A stretch of DNA of 64,000 nt, taken from the NCBI GenBank assembly GCA_034520945.1, contig JAXHNB010000006.1:384001-448000 (forward strand), written 5' to 3'. Of the stretch, positions 50,840 through 59,998 are shown piece after piece. Made by a program: the position numbers and the translations under genes. The notes beneath the pieces are model-generated. The model did no database searches. It was not told the DNA's origin and saw nothing but the letters and a program-made list of their open reading frames with translations. The first letter of the stretch is position 1, and each line of letters opens with the position of its first letter. Source of the DNA: Trueperaceae bacterium (lineage in GTDB: Bacteria; Deinococcota; Deinococci; Deinococcales; Trueperaceae).

Positions 50840-52141
50840 CTACCGCACGTCGTACGCCCGCACGAAGCCACCGGCCCCGATGACGCCGACGGTGGCGCCT
50901 TGAATCGGACCACGCGCGGTTCCGACGACGCGAAGGCCGTCGCGGGTTGCAACGACGCCGTGCGCACCGTCGAACGCGTCGCTGCCGAACTGGCTGTCCC
51001 AGCGAAGCTCGCCGTTCGGGTCCAGGGCGATCAGGAAGGCGTCGGCGATGCCTCGCACCTCCCCGGCCACGTCGCCCTCCGTTCCGCCGACCACGAAGGC
51101 GCTGCCGTCCGCCGTGACCGCGAGCCCGTAGCGCATGTCACGACGGGTAGGCCCAAAGGCGTAGCTCCAGCGCTCGCTGCCGGCCGGGTCGAACGCGCGG
51201 ACGAACGCCGGTTCGGCCCCGCGATCGTCCTCGCTGGATGGGCCCGCGCCCGCCGCTACCAGGCCGCCGTCTGGACCGAACGCCACGGCGTAGGCGTACT
51301 CGTGGAGTTCGCCCCCGAACTGGTTCGTCCCGATCGGCGCGCCGTCGGCATCGTGGCGCCGCAGGAAGGCGTCCCAGCCGCCGCCGGGCGCGCCGCCCAA
51401 CGCGCCGCGCGTCTGGCCCGCGACGGCGACGACGTCGGTCTCGTCGGTCGCGACGTCGCGAAGGCGGTCGTCCTCGGCGCTACCGAACTGCCGACGCCAG
51501 CGTTCCGCGCCACCTTCGTCGAAGGCGATCAGGAAGGCGTCCTCACCCCCCGCCGAGGGTCCGGCAAAGTCGCCGCCCGTCCAACCGGCGACGACGAGCG
51601 ACCCGTCGGACCTGAACGTGACGGCGCTTGCAACGTCCTCGGCGGGCGTCCCTAGCGTGTGCTCCCAAAGCGTGACGCCCTGAGCGTCCAGGACGACGAG
51701 GAAACCGTCGGTCTGGCCCGCGGATGGGCCGGCGAGTGCGCCGTCGGTCTGTCCGACTACGGCGATCCTCCCCTCGGGACCGATCGCGATCGCTTCGGCG
51801 AAGTCCTCGTCGCTGGACCCGAACTGTCGCGCCCAAGACGGGGCGCCGTCGGGTCCGATCGCTTGGACGAAGACGTCGAAGCCGCCAGCCGCCACGCCGT
51901 CCTCGAGCTCGCCCATGGTGTAGCCGGCGGCGAAACTCGTGCCGTCGTTTCGCACGGCGATGCCGGCCGTGAAGTCCACCTCCGTGGTGCCGAACTGGTG
52001 GGTCCAGGTGACCGCGGGGGGATCGGCGGCGAAGGCGGCCATTCCCCACGTTGCGGCCAGCGCCAGCATCGTGAGCGAGCGCAGGAGATCGATGGGTACG
52101 ACGGGTAGCGTGGCGTGCGAATCGACGCGCGATGTTCGCAT
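50840..52141 (-). CDS. Secreted beta-propeller (SBBP-like repeat) protein
   Basis: Repeats W.RQFGS..D....A....DG...V.G.T.G...G...G..DAF; start uncertain. Confidence 0.8.
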   Translation of the reverse strand: MRTSRVDSHATLPVVPIDLLRSLTMLALAATWGMAAFAADPPAVTWTHQFGTTEVDFTAGIAVRNDGTSFAAGYTMGELEDGVAAGGFDVFVQAIGPDGAPSWARQFGSSDEDFAEAIAIGPEGRIAVVGQTDGALAGPSAGQTDGFLVVLDAQGVTLWEHTLGTPAEDVASAVTFRSDGSLVVAGWTGGDFAGPSAGGEDAFLIAFDEGGAERWRRQFGSAEDDRLRDVATDETDVVAVAGQTRGALGGAPGGGWDAFLRRHDADGAPIGTNQFGGELHEYAYAVAFGPDGGLVAAGAGPSSEDDRGAEPAFVRAFDPAGSERWSYAFGPTRRDMRYGLAVTADGSAFVVGGTEGDVAGEVRGIADAFLIALDPNGELRWDSQFGSDAFDGAHGVVATRDGLRVVGTARGPIQGATVGVIGAGGFVRAYDVR

Positions 52142-52232
52142 CGAGGACCTCCTGGACGGGGAAGCGAAGATGGTGGACAACGTGGCGTGCCGAGCGGATC
52201 GTACCAGCGATGGCTCCCCAACTCGCGCGCGG

Positions 52233-54308
52233 CTACAGGTCATCCAACAGCAGTGCCCCGCCCAACGCCACCTGCCCGAAGGTGGCGGACGGCATCGGCC
52301 GGCCGAAGTGGAAGCCCTGCAGCCAGTTGGCGCCCTCCCAGTACAGGAAGTCGGCCTGGGTCTTGGTCTCGACCCCTTCGGCGATGATGCGCAGGTCCAG
52401 CGACTGCGCCATGGCGATGATGGTGCGCACCAGCGCGAAGTTCCGCTGGTTCTCCGGCACGTCGCGCAGGAAGCCGCGGTCGACCTTGACGATCTCGAAC
52501 GGGAGGTGCTGCAGCTGCCCCAGGTTGGAGTAGCCGGTCCCGAAGTCGTCGATGGCCAGGGACACGCCCAGCTCGGACAGGCCGGTCAGGACGCGCGCGG
52601 CCTCGCGCGGGTAATGCATGGCGAAGGTCTCGGTCACCTCGGCGATCACGTTGGCGGGCTCGACGCCGGTGTCTTCCAGCAGGGTGGCGAAGCGCGCCAC
52701 GAAGTCGGGCCGTTCCAACTGCCGCGCGGAGAGGTTCATCGACAACGTCAGCTCGGGCTTGGCGCGGTTCCACTGCCGGAGCTGCGTCATGGCTACGCGT
52801 TGCAGCCACGTCTCCATCTCGACGATCTGGCCGCTGCGTTCGGCCTGGGGGATGAACTCGGCGGGCGGCACCAGGCCCCGGTCCGGGTGGTGCCAGCGCA
52901 TCAGCGCTTCGGCGCCCACCACCTGCTGGTTCTTGGCGTTCACCAGCGGTTGGTAATACACCTCGAGCTGATCCAGTTCGGTGGCGCGCGCCAACTCGGC
53001 CTCGATGCCCTGCTGGCGCACCTGTTGGCGGCCGAGCTCCTCATTGAAGGCGGTCCAATGCCCGCGCCCGTGGCGCTTGGCATGCGCGAGGGCGTAGTCG
53101 ACCTCGCGCATCAGGTCCTCGCCCGCCTGGCCGCTCCGGGCGTGAGCCAGGCCCATGCTGGCGCCGACCTCGATGCGTTGCCCGCCCACGCGTGGCGCAC
53201 CGTCCAACTGGTTGCGGATCCGCTCGGCCACCTGCCGCGCGGCGTCCTCGTCCTGCACGCCGCGGAGGAGGAGGGCGAATTCGTCGCTGCCCAGGCGTGC
53301 CGGCATGTCGTCGGGGCGGATGGCACGCTCGAGCTGCCGCGCGACCCAGCGCAGCAGCCGGTCGCCGATCTCGTGCCCGTGCAGGTCGTTGACCTGCCGG
53401 AAGTGGTCCAGGTCGAGGCCCAGCACGGTGAGGGGTTCGCCGGCCGCCAACGACCGGTCCAGTTCGGCGAAGAACGAGGCGCGGTTGGCCAGGCCCGTCA
53501 GCGGGTCCAACTGCGTGTTGTGTTCGATCAACCGCCGTTGGCGGCGTAGTTCGGTGACGTCGCGGTAGAGCGCGACCACGCCGTGGGGTGCAGAGCGGTC
53601 GGGGTGATGCAGCGGGTGGGCGTCGACCCGCAGCCAGGTGGTGCCGTCGCCACGCGTGAGACCGATGACGACGTCCAACACGGGCCGTCCCGCGTCCAGG
53701 GCCCGGGCGGGCGGAGCCTCCCGGTCGGAGAGGGACTGCCCGTCCTCGTCGATCACCGAGCCGTCGCACTGCAGGATCGCGTCGGGCGCATCCAACAGCG
53801 TGCGGGCGGCGCGGTTGGCGTGGCGGATGGACAGGTCGGGGGCGTGCACGACCACGCCCACCTCGAGGGCCTCGAAGATCGCGTCGTGGTCGCGTTTCAG
53901 GTCGCGCAGCTCGCTGAGGTCGCGCCCCTCCAAGATGAGCAGGGTCGGGCTTCCCTCCGCGTCCCGGTAGGCACGCAGGGTGAGGTCCAGGCACCTGAGG
54001 CCACCGTGGCCGTACACGTCGCTGATCGTCCGCATCTCCTCGCCGCTGCTGACCAACCCGGTCGACTGCCGCAGTTGCTCCCGTAGCGTGGGGTCGCCCG
54101 CGAACCAGGGCGTCTCCCACACCGGCCGCCACACCACCGCGTCGCGCGCGCTGTCGATCGCGCTCAACGCCAGGTCGTTGACCTCGACCAGCACGCCGTC
54201 GGGCGTGAGCAACCACGTCCACAGGTACCGGCTCTGGAACACGGCCTGGAAGTGGTTGCCGAGCGAGGGCGTGCGGCCGCTGCGGGTTCGATGGTCGTCG
54301 GTCGGAAT
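52233..54308 (-). CDS. PAS-PAS-GGDEF-EAL protein
   Basis: DPLTGLANR, DLDHFRQVND, RLGSDEF, YQP, EAL and DDFGTGYS motifs; start either GTG 54242 or ATT 54308. Confidence 0.9.
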   Translation of the reverse strand: MPTDDHRTRSGRTPSLGNHFQAVFQSRYLWTWLLTPDGVLVEVNDLALSAIDSARDAVVWRPVWETPWFAGDPTLREQLRQSTGLVSSGEEMRTISDVYGHGGLRCLDLTLRAYRDAEGSPTLLILEGRDLSELRDLKRDHDAIFEALEVGVVVHAPDLSIRHANRAARTLLDAPDAILQCDGSVIDEDGQSLSDREAPPARALDAGRPVLDVVIGLTRGDGTTWLRVDAHPLHHPDRSAPHGVVALYRDVTELRRQRRLIEHNTQLDPLTGLANRASFFAELDRSLAAGEPLTVLGLDLDHFRQVNDLHGHEIGDRLLRWVARQLERAIRPDDMPARLGSDEFALLLRGVQDEDAARQVAERIRNQLDGAPRVGGQRIEVGASMGLAHARSGQAGEDLMREVDYALAHAKRHGRGHWTAFNEELGRQQVRQQGIEAELARATELDQLEVYYQPLVNAKNQQVVGAEALMRWHHPDRGLVPPAEFIPQAERSGQIVEMETWLQRVAMTQLRQWNRAKPELTLSMNLSARQLERPDFVARFATLLEDTGVEPANVIAEVTETFAMHYPREAARVLTGLSELGVSLAIDDFGTGYSNLGQLQHLPFEIVKVDRGFLRDVPENQRNFALVRTIIAMAQSLDLRIIAEGVETKTQADFLYWEGANWLQGFHFGRPMPSATFGQVALGGALLLDDL

Positions 54309-54417
54309 GAGGACCCCCTTTCGTCAGGGAGGCCAGGGTAGGCGGTCGGACCCCCGGGGCGCCGCCGATTGCCTCACACCCGAGCGTGCAGTACGTGGAT
54401 GCGCCGGGCGCGGCGCC

Positions 54418-54621
54418 TCAGTGCCCGTCGTCCTCCGCGCCCGCGTCCTCTTGCGACCGTGTGGTGCCGTTCGGGTACTGGTTCGGCACCTCGGTGTCGT
54501 CGCGGATGCTGTTGCGCCACACGTCGACGTCGGTCGTTCCCTTCGGGAACGACTGCGGCGGCGTGCAGGCGGCGAGGGCGAGGGCGAGCGGCAGCAGGAT
54601 CACGAGGATGCGTCGGCGCAT
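54418..54621 (-). CDS. Small lipoprotein
   Basis: GGGAGG RBS; LAAC lipobox. Confidence 0.7.
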   Translation of the reverse strand: MRRRILVILLPLALALAACTPPQSFPKGTTDVDVWRNSIRDDTEVPNQYPNGTTRSQEDAGAEDDGH

Positions 54622-54732
54622 GGGCGTACCTCCCGGGAGTCGCGCCCGAGGCTACCACCGCCCAGGGGCGCACGAGCGGGGCCGACCGCGCGCGTCGGTC
54701 GGCCCCGGCCCGTCGTTGCCTGCTGCGTGGTG

Positions 54733-55620
54733 TCAGCCGGCGCGGCGCTCGGCTTCATTGCGGAAGTACCGGTAGGTGTCGTTGCCGGGCGCCAGCTCGG
54801 CGGCGCGCTCGTAGTGGCGCTGCGCCACCCGCCACGACTGGCGTTCGAACGCGACGCGCCCGCGCCAGGCCCACGCTTCGGGGTAGTCGGCGTTCGCATC
54901 GGTGGCGCGCTCGAACGAGCGAGCGGCGCCGTCCAGGTCGCCGTTCTCATAGCGCCGCACGCCTTCCCGGAAGGCGTTGACGGCCTGAACGCCCCATTCG
55001 GCCTGGTCCTGCGCCAGCCGCAGGAAGTACGAGGCGCGGGCGTCGTCCGAATCCTGCTCCGCAGCAGCCTCCCAGTAGGGGATCGCGTCGACCGGCCGGC
55101 CCTGCTCCATGCGGATGCGACCCATCCACACGCGCGAGGCGCGATGGAAGGAGACGGCGTCCAGGACGTCCATGTGGATGCTGGCGGCCTGCTGGAGGTC
55201 CCCGCGCTGGTAGGCGGCGTACGCCATCTCCTCGCCGGCACCTGTGAACAACGGCGTCCACTCGGGCGTCAGGTCATGGCCTTCGGCCAGGTAGCGGTTC
55301 CAGGTGCGCCACGCGGGCCCGTAGAAGTTGGTGCGGCTGTAGATCTCGGCCAGGAGGCCGAGCGTCTCACGGTCGTTCGGCGCCAACTCCACGGCGCGCC
55401 GGGCGTGCGAGATCGCTTTGGACCAGTTCGGCCGGTCGGGGTAGGGCGCCTCATTCGCGGCGATGGCGTCCTGCATGGCGGTGCGGGCGGCGTTCACCGC
55501 TTGCTCGCGCGGGGTGGCGTCCTGGTCCTGCGCGAAGCCTGTGCCCGTGGCCAGCAAAAGGCCCAGAAGCAAGGCGAGGACGCCTCGGCTCCATGGTGTG
55601 GGTGCAGCATGATCGGACAT
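54733..55620 (-). CDS. Secreted TPR-repeat protein
   Basis: Signal peptide; repeats A....RA.ELAP. Confidence 0.85.
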   Translation of the reverse strand: MSDHAAPTPWSRGVLALLLGLLLATGTGFAQDQDATPREQAVNAARTAMQDAIAANEAPYPDRPNWSKAISHARRAVELAPNDRETLGLLAEIYSRTNFYGPAWRTWNRYLAEGHDLTPEWTPLFTGAGEEMAYAAYQRGDLQQAASIHMDVLDAVSFHRASRVWMGRIRMEQGRPVDAIPYWEAAAEQDSDDARASYFLRLAQDQAEWGVQAVNAFREGVRRYENGDLDGAARSFERATDANADYPEAWAWRGRVAFERQSWRVAQRHYERAAELAPGNDTYRYFRNEAERRAG

Positions 55621-55725
55621 CGGGTGCCTCCGTTTCGAAGCGGGCGGCGTGCCGCCGCCCTGCACCACTCATCCTAAAGGCCCTCTCATGGGGGACGCGT
55701 GATGGGGCCGCAAGAAGTGTGAGCG

Positions 55726-56406
55726 TCAGGGAGGGCCGCCGCCGGGTTCCGGCGATGGTTCGGCGACGACGCGGGCGCCCTCGGGGCCGTCCAGCCACGC
55801 CAGCAGGGCGTCCACCGCCCGGCCGCGGTGGCTGACGGCGCGCTTCTCTTCGCGCGTCGCTTCGCCGAAGGCGCGGCCGAGCTCCGCGCTGTAGAACACG
55901 GGATCGTAGCCGAACCCGCCCTGCCCGCGCGGCCCCTGCAGGATGCGCCCCTCGCAGCGCCCCTCGAAGGTGCGCACCTCGCCCGCGGGGGTGGCCAGCG
56001 CCAGCACCGACACGAACCGTGCCCCCCGGTCGCCTTCGGGCACGTCGCGCATGCGCGCCAACAGGTGGGCGATGCGCTCGCCGGGGCTGAGCCCTTCGCC
56101 CCCAAAGCGCGCCGAGTACAGGCCGGGCGCCCCGCGCAGGGCGTCCACCTCGAGGCCGGAATCGTCGGCCAGGGCCGGCAGGCCGGTGGCCGTGGCCACG
56201 TGGGCGGCCTTGATCAACGCGTTCGCTTCGTAGGTGTCGCCGTCCTCCGCCGGGAAACGCACCACGCCTACGTCGCGGGCGCCGAGGAGCTCGAACGGCC
56301 GGTCGCCGAACGCCGCGCGCAACTCCAAGACCTTGTCGGGGTTGCCCGTGGCGATGATCAGTCGGGTGACGCCGGGCGCAGGGGGGCGGTCCGGCCAGGC
56401 GCTCAC
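55726..56406 (-). CDS. rdgB: Non-canonical purine NTP pyrophosphatase (RdgB/HAM1)
   Basis: ATGNPDK, ADDSGL, GFGYDP and SHR motifs; overlaps the rph stop. Confidence 0.93.
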   Translation of the reverse strand: MSAWPDRPPAPGVTRLIIATGNPDKVLELRAAFGDRPFELLGARDVGVVRFPAEDGDTYEANALIKAAHVATATGLPALADDSGLEVDALRGAPGLYSARFGGEGLSPGERIAHLLARMRDVPEGDRGARFVSVLALATPAGEVRTFEGRCEGRILQGPRGQGGFGYDPVFYSAELGRAFGEATREEKRAVSHRGRAVDALLAWLDGPEGARVVAEPSPEPGGGPP

Positions 56407-57113
56407 GGCAGGCTCCCTTGAACGGCGGCCAGCACGTCGGCGACGCCGCGCACGCCGCGACCGATCAGGCCGACGTAGGTCTCGGCGTCGATCGCCTCGC
56501 CCTCGGCGCCGCCCTGCACCTCGACGATGCGGCCGTCGCGGGTCGCCACCACGTTCAGGTCCAAGCTGGCGGCGTCGTCCTCCTGGTAGTCCAGGTCGGT
56601 GCGGGCCTCGCCCTCGACCAGGCCGACGCTGATGGCGGCGACGTCGGTGCGCAGCGGCCATTCGGACAGCTCGCCGTCGCGGATCATGCGGTCGGCCAGT
56701 TGCCGCAGGGCGGCGTAGCCGGCGAGGATGCCGGCGCAGCGCGTGCCGCCGTCGGCCTGCAGCACGTCCACGTCCACGGTCAGCGTCTTCTTGGGGAAGG
56801 CGTCCAGGTCGACCGCGGTGCGCAGGGCGCGGCCGATCAGCCGCTGGATCTCCAGGCTGCGCCCGCCGGCGTAGAGCCGCTCGCGGGGGCGGCGTTCGCC
56901 CGTGGCGCGCGGGAGCAGCGCGTACTCGGCGGTCAACCAGCCGCCCCGGGCCTTCCCGCCCCGCAGGTGCGGCGGCAGCCGCGCCTCGACCGAGACGGTG
57001 GCCTGCACCTGCGTGTCGCCCCAGGTGACGCGCGCCGACCCTTCGGCCCAGCGGTTCACGCCGACCTCGAGTGCGATGGGGCGGAGTTGCGTCGCGCTGC
57101 GTCCCTCTCGCAT
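56403..57113 (-). CDS. rph: Ribonuclease PH
   Basis: GWLTAEY, EIQRLIGR, DVLQADGGTR and DLDYQED motifs. Confidence 0.95.
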   Translation of the reverse strand: MREGRSATQLRPIALEVGVNRWAEGSARVTWGDTQVQATVSVEARLPPHLRGGKARGGWLTAEYALLPRATGERRPRERLYAGGRSLEIQRLIGRALRTAVDLDAFPKKTLTVDVDVLQADGGTRCAGILAGYAALRQLADRMIRDGELSEWPLRTDVAAISVGLVEGEARTDLDYQEDDAASLDLNVVATRDGRIVEVQGGAEGEAIDAETYVGLIGRGVRGVADVLAAVQGSLP

Positions 57114-57182
57114 GGACGGGAGGGTACCACCGGCGTGGGGAGCGCTTCACGCGTGCGGACGCGGGCTCGTGCCCCCGGTTAC

Positions 57183-57199
57183 ATACCCCATGGGGGTAT
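57183..57199. promoter_or_regulatory. CsoR/RcnR-family-like operator ATACCCC-N3-GGGGTAT
   Basis: C-tract/G-tract palindrome between the divergent rph and disulfide oxidoreductase genes. Confidence 0.65.
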
Positions 57200-57241
57200 A
57201 TGCTAGGCTGCGCCCAGATGAAGAGGGAGGTAACCTAGACC

Positions 57242-57907
57242 ATGGCGTTCTTGAACGAAGAGATCCAAGCACAGGTCCGTCCGCTCCTCGAGGAGCTAAC
57301 CAACCCGGTCGAGATGAAGGTCTACACCGGCGGCAAGGTCGTCGTGCCCGGACGAGACGCGACCGGCCACCAGGAGGAGACGCTGGGCCTGCTGCGCGAA
57401 GTGGCCGAGTTGTCGGACAACGTCACCGTCACTGAAGCGCCGCTGGCGGGCGACGAGGAGGCGCTGGCCGCCGGCATCACGCGTGCGCCGACCATCGTGT
57501 TCCGCCGTCAGGGCGAGGACCGGACCAACCTGCGATTCGTCGGCCTGCCCAGCGGGTACGAGTTCACCACCGTCCTGGAGGCGTTGCGCCTGGTGGCGTC
57601 GGACGACGACAGCGACGACCTCGTCGGGGACCTGAACGATCCGCTGCTGCTGCAGACCTTCGTGACCCCCAGCTGTCCGCACTGCCCTCGGGCGGTGCTC
57701 ACCGCCTTCGAGCTGGCGCTGGCCAACGACAAGCTGGTGGCCGAAGGGATCGAAGCCAGCGAGTTCCCCGTGCTGAGCCAGCAGTTCCGCATCTCCAGCG
57801 TGCCCGACACCATCATCGGGCAAAGCGCCAACGCCCGCGTGTTGGGCGCGCAGCCCAAGCGCCAGTTCGTCGACGCGATCCGCAACGCGGCGGGCGTCGC
57901 CGCCTGA
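57242..57907 (+). CDS. Protein disulfide oxidoreductase (AhpF N-terminal-like, two Trx folds)
   Basis: GLPSGYEF, FVTPSCPHCP and SSVP motifs. Confidence 0.85.
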   Translation: MAFLNEEIQAQVRPLLEELTNPVEMKVYTGGKVVVPGRDATGHQEETLGLLREVAELSDNVTVTEAPLAGDEEALAAGITRAPTIVFRRQGEDRTNLRFVGLPSGYEFTTVLEALRLVASDDDSDDLVGDLNDPLLLQTFVTPSCPHCPRAVLTAFELALANDKLVAEGIEASEFPVLSQQFRISSVPDTIIGQSANARVLGAQPKRQFVDAIRNAAGVAA

Positions 57908-57933
57908 ACGCCGCCCCGAACGGCGCAACACAG

Positions 57934-57963
57934 GACGCCCCCTCCGATCCAGGAGGGGGCGTC
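57934..57963. terminator. 12-bp stem hairpin between convergent genes
   Basis: GACGCCCCCTCC-N6-GGAGGGGGCGTC; no clear U-tract. Confidence 0.6.
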
Positions 57964-57997
57964 GACATGTCGAGGGACGTGCGCGGGTCGTGTCCGC

Positions 57998-59746
57998 CTA
58001 CGACGCGACGTGCGTCGCCTGGCTGGCGACGATGTACCAGGTCACGAACAGCGCCGACGTGAATGCACCGGCCCAGACCCGTCCGGTCAGGCGGAACAGG
58101 TAGGTCGACAGCATCCCGGCCAGCGGCAGCAGCACCACGATCTGGAACGCCACGATCGTCAACAGCGGCTCGCCGAACGGCAGGGGATGGCCCGACAGCA
58201 ACGGCACGTACTGGATCAGCAGCAGGGCCGCCATCCCCGCCGCCATCAGCACGCCGTTGCCGATCACCGCCGCCGCCATCGAGGTGCGTTCCCGGGGTCG
58301 CAACTGCCCGTGCAGGACCAACGCCAGCACCAGGAAGAACGCCGCGAACGCCGCCAGGTAGGGCAGCGCGACCTGCGCCTGCCACGCCTCGAGCGGGTCG
58401 ACCCCCAGCACCCAGAACCGCGCGTCGGTGCCGAACAGGGCCTCGACGCCCCACAGCGCCAGGTAGGCGGTCCCGACGCTGAGCACCGCCAGCAGGACCG
58501 AGCGGAACAGCCCGCCGCCCAGGCCGGCGCCGCCGGCGCCGGCGCGAATGCCGGTCATCAGGAACCACACCAGCCACCCGAGCAGGGCCACCGCGCCGCT
58601 GCCGAGCGCCCATACCACCAGCCCGTTGGTGATCTCTTGCGGGAAGCGGGCGCTGTTCGGCAGCCACTCCGCCGCCTGGTTCTGAAGCCAGAAGTACGCC
58701 ACCGTCGGGACGGCCATCAGCATCAGCGCGCCGATCCACCAGCCCAGGCCGTCGGCGCCCGCCGCGGGCTCCGGGTCGCGCCGCAGGCCCGCCAACAGCG
58801 GCATGCGCATCCACAACCCGCTCAGCGCGAACAACGACACGAACAGCCCCAGCAGCGTCAGCGTCGTGCCGGCCTCCTTCTGGAACCACACCTGATCATC
58901 GGGCGGAAGCGGATTGGGGGCGGTCGTGGTGCGCTGCAGCCACTCCAGCGTCGGCGCGATCCCGACGCGCGTGATGTGATTGGCGGGGTGCGTGGTGGCG
59001 GGCTGCGCCAGCCAGCGCGCGGTCCCCTCCTCGATCTGACCGTAGATGGTGCCGACCTCGACGGGCGGGTCGGTGTCGAACAGGGTGGCCAGCTTGTCGG
59101 TCTGCGTGATGGCCGCCCCAATCGGCGCGCCCCACATCAGCTCCGAGAACTCGTCGAAGCGTCCGTACACCAGCCCCAGGTTGCGCGGGAAGGTGGCCGT
59201 CCCCTCCGGCGCGCCGAACGTGCCGGTGGAGGCGCCGGAGATCACCACGGAGGCGTAGTCGTCCGGGGCCTGGCCCGCGGCGATCAACACCGCCCAGCCG
59301 CCCATGGAATGCCCCTCCAGCACGATCTGCTCGGGGTCCACCATGGGGAGGCTGCGCAGGTACGAAAGCCCGGCCGGCCCGCCGAACCCGCCGGCGAAGG
59401 CGGGCGGATCGCTGTCGCCGTGGCCGCTCTGATCCAACGCCAGCACGACGTACCCGCGCCGGGCGTACTCGGTGGCGTACGGCGACTGCGTCCGCTTGTC
59501 GTTGATGTAGCCGTGCACGGCCAGCACGCCCGGCGCGGGCGAATCGGCCGTCGCGGTGCGCGGGCGGTACAGCTCGGCGGCCATGGTGCGGCCGTCCTCC
59601 GCCTCGAACCGGACGGTGCGCACCTCCACCTCGCCGTTCGAGGTTTGCACCCGCTCGGCCCAATACCCGCCCCCGAACATGAGCAGGAGCGCCAGGACGA
59701 GCAGAACCACGGAACCGGGAGGGCGGGTGCGGACGGGTGCGTGCAT
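57998..59746 (-). CDS. Membrane-anchored alpha/beta hydrolase
   Basis: HGY and GHSMGG motifs; C-terminal multi-TM region. Confidence 0.85.
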   Translation of the reverse strand: MHAPVRTRPPGSVVLLVLALLLMFGGGYWAERVQTSNGEVEVRTVRFEAEDGRTMAAELYRPRTATADSPAPGVLAVHGYINDKRTQSPYATEYARRGYVVLALDQSGHGDSDPPAFAGGFGGPAGLSYLRSLPMVDPEQIVLEGHSMGGWAVLIAAGQAPDDYASVVISGASTGTFGAPEGTATFPRNLGLVYGRFDEFSELMWGAPIGAAITQTDKLATLFDTDPPVEVGTIYGQIEEGTARWLAQPATTHPANHITRVGIAPTLEWLQRTTTAPNPLPPDDQVWFQKEAGTTLTLLGLFVSLFALSGLWMRMPLLAGLRRDPEPAAGADGLGWWIGALMLMAVPTVAYFWLQNQAAEWLPNSARFPQEITNGLVVWALGSGAVALLGWLVWFLMTGIRAGAGGAGLGGGLFRSVLLAVLSVGTAYLALWGVEALFGTDARFWVLGVDPLEAWQAQVALPYLAAFAAFFLVLALVLHGQLRPRERTSMAAAVIGNGVLMAAGMAALLLIQYVPLLSGHPLPFGEPLLTIVAFQIVVLLPLAGMLSTYLFRLTGRVWAGAFTSALFVTWYIVASQATHVAS

Positions 59747-59998
59747 GGCCACCTCCAAGCGGGGCGCGCCTCGTGGGCGCGATGCCTGCGCCAGCCCACC
59801 CGTCCCGCCCGGCACGCGGCGAGGCGGCGCGGATGAGACGGAAGGCCGCTGGCGAGGTCACGCTAGCATTCCGGCGCGGGTGGGCGCGCGGCGAGTTTCG
59901 CACTTCGCCGTCGTGCGGGGCGGGGCGCCGGCATCCTCGGCGCCCCGCCCCGCGCAAAAAACGACCCGCTGTACCTCAGCGCATCGTAGCGCCGAACA

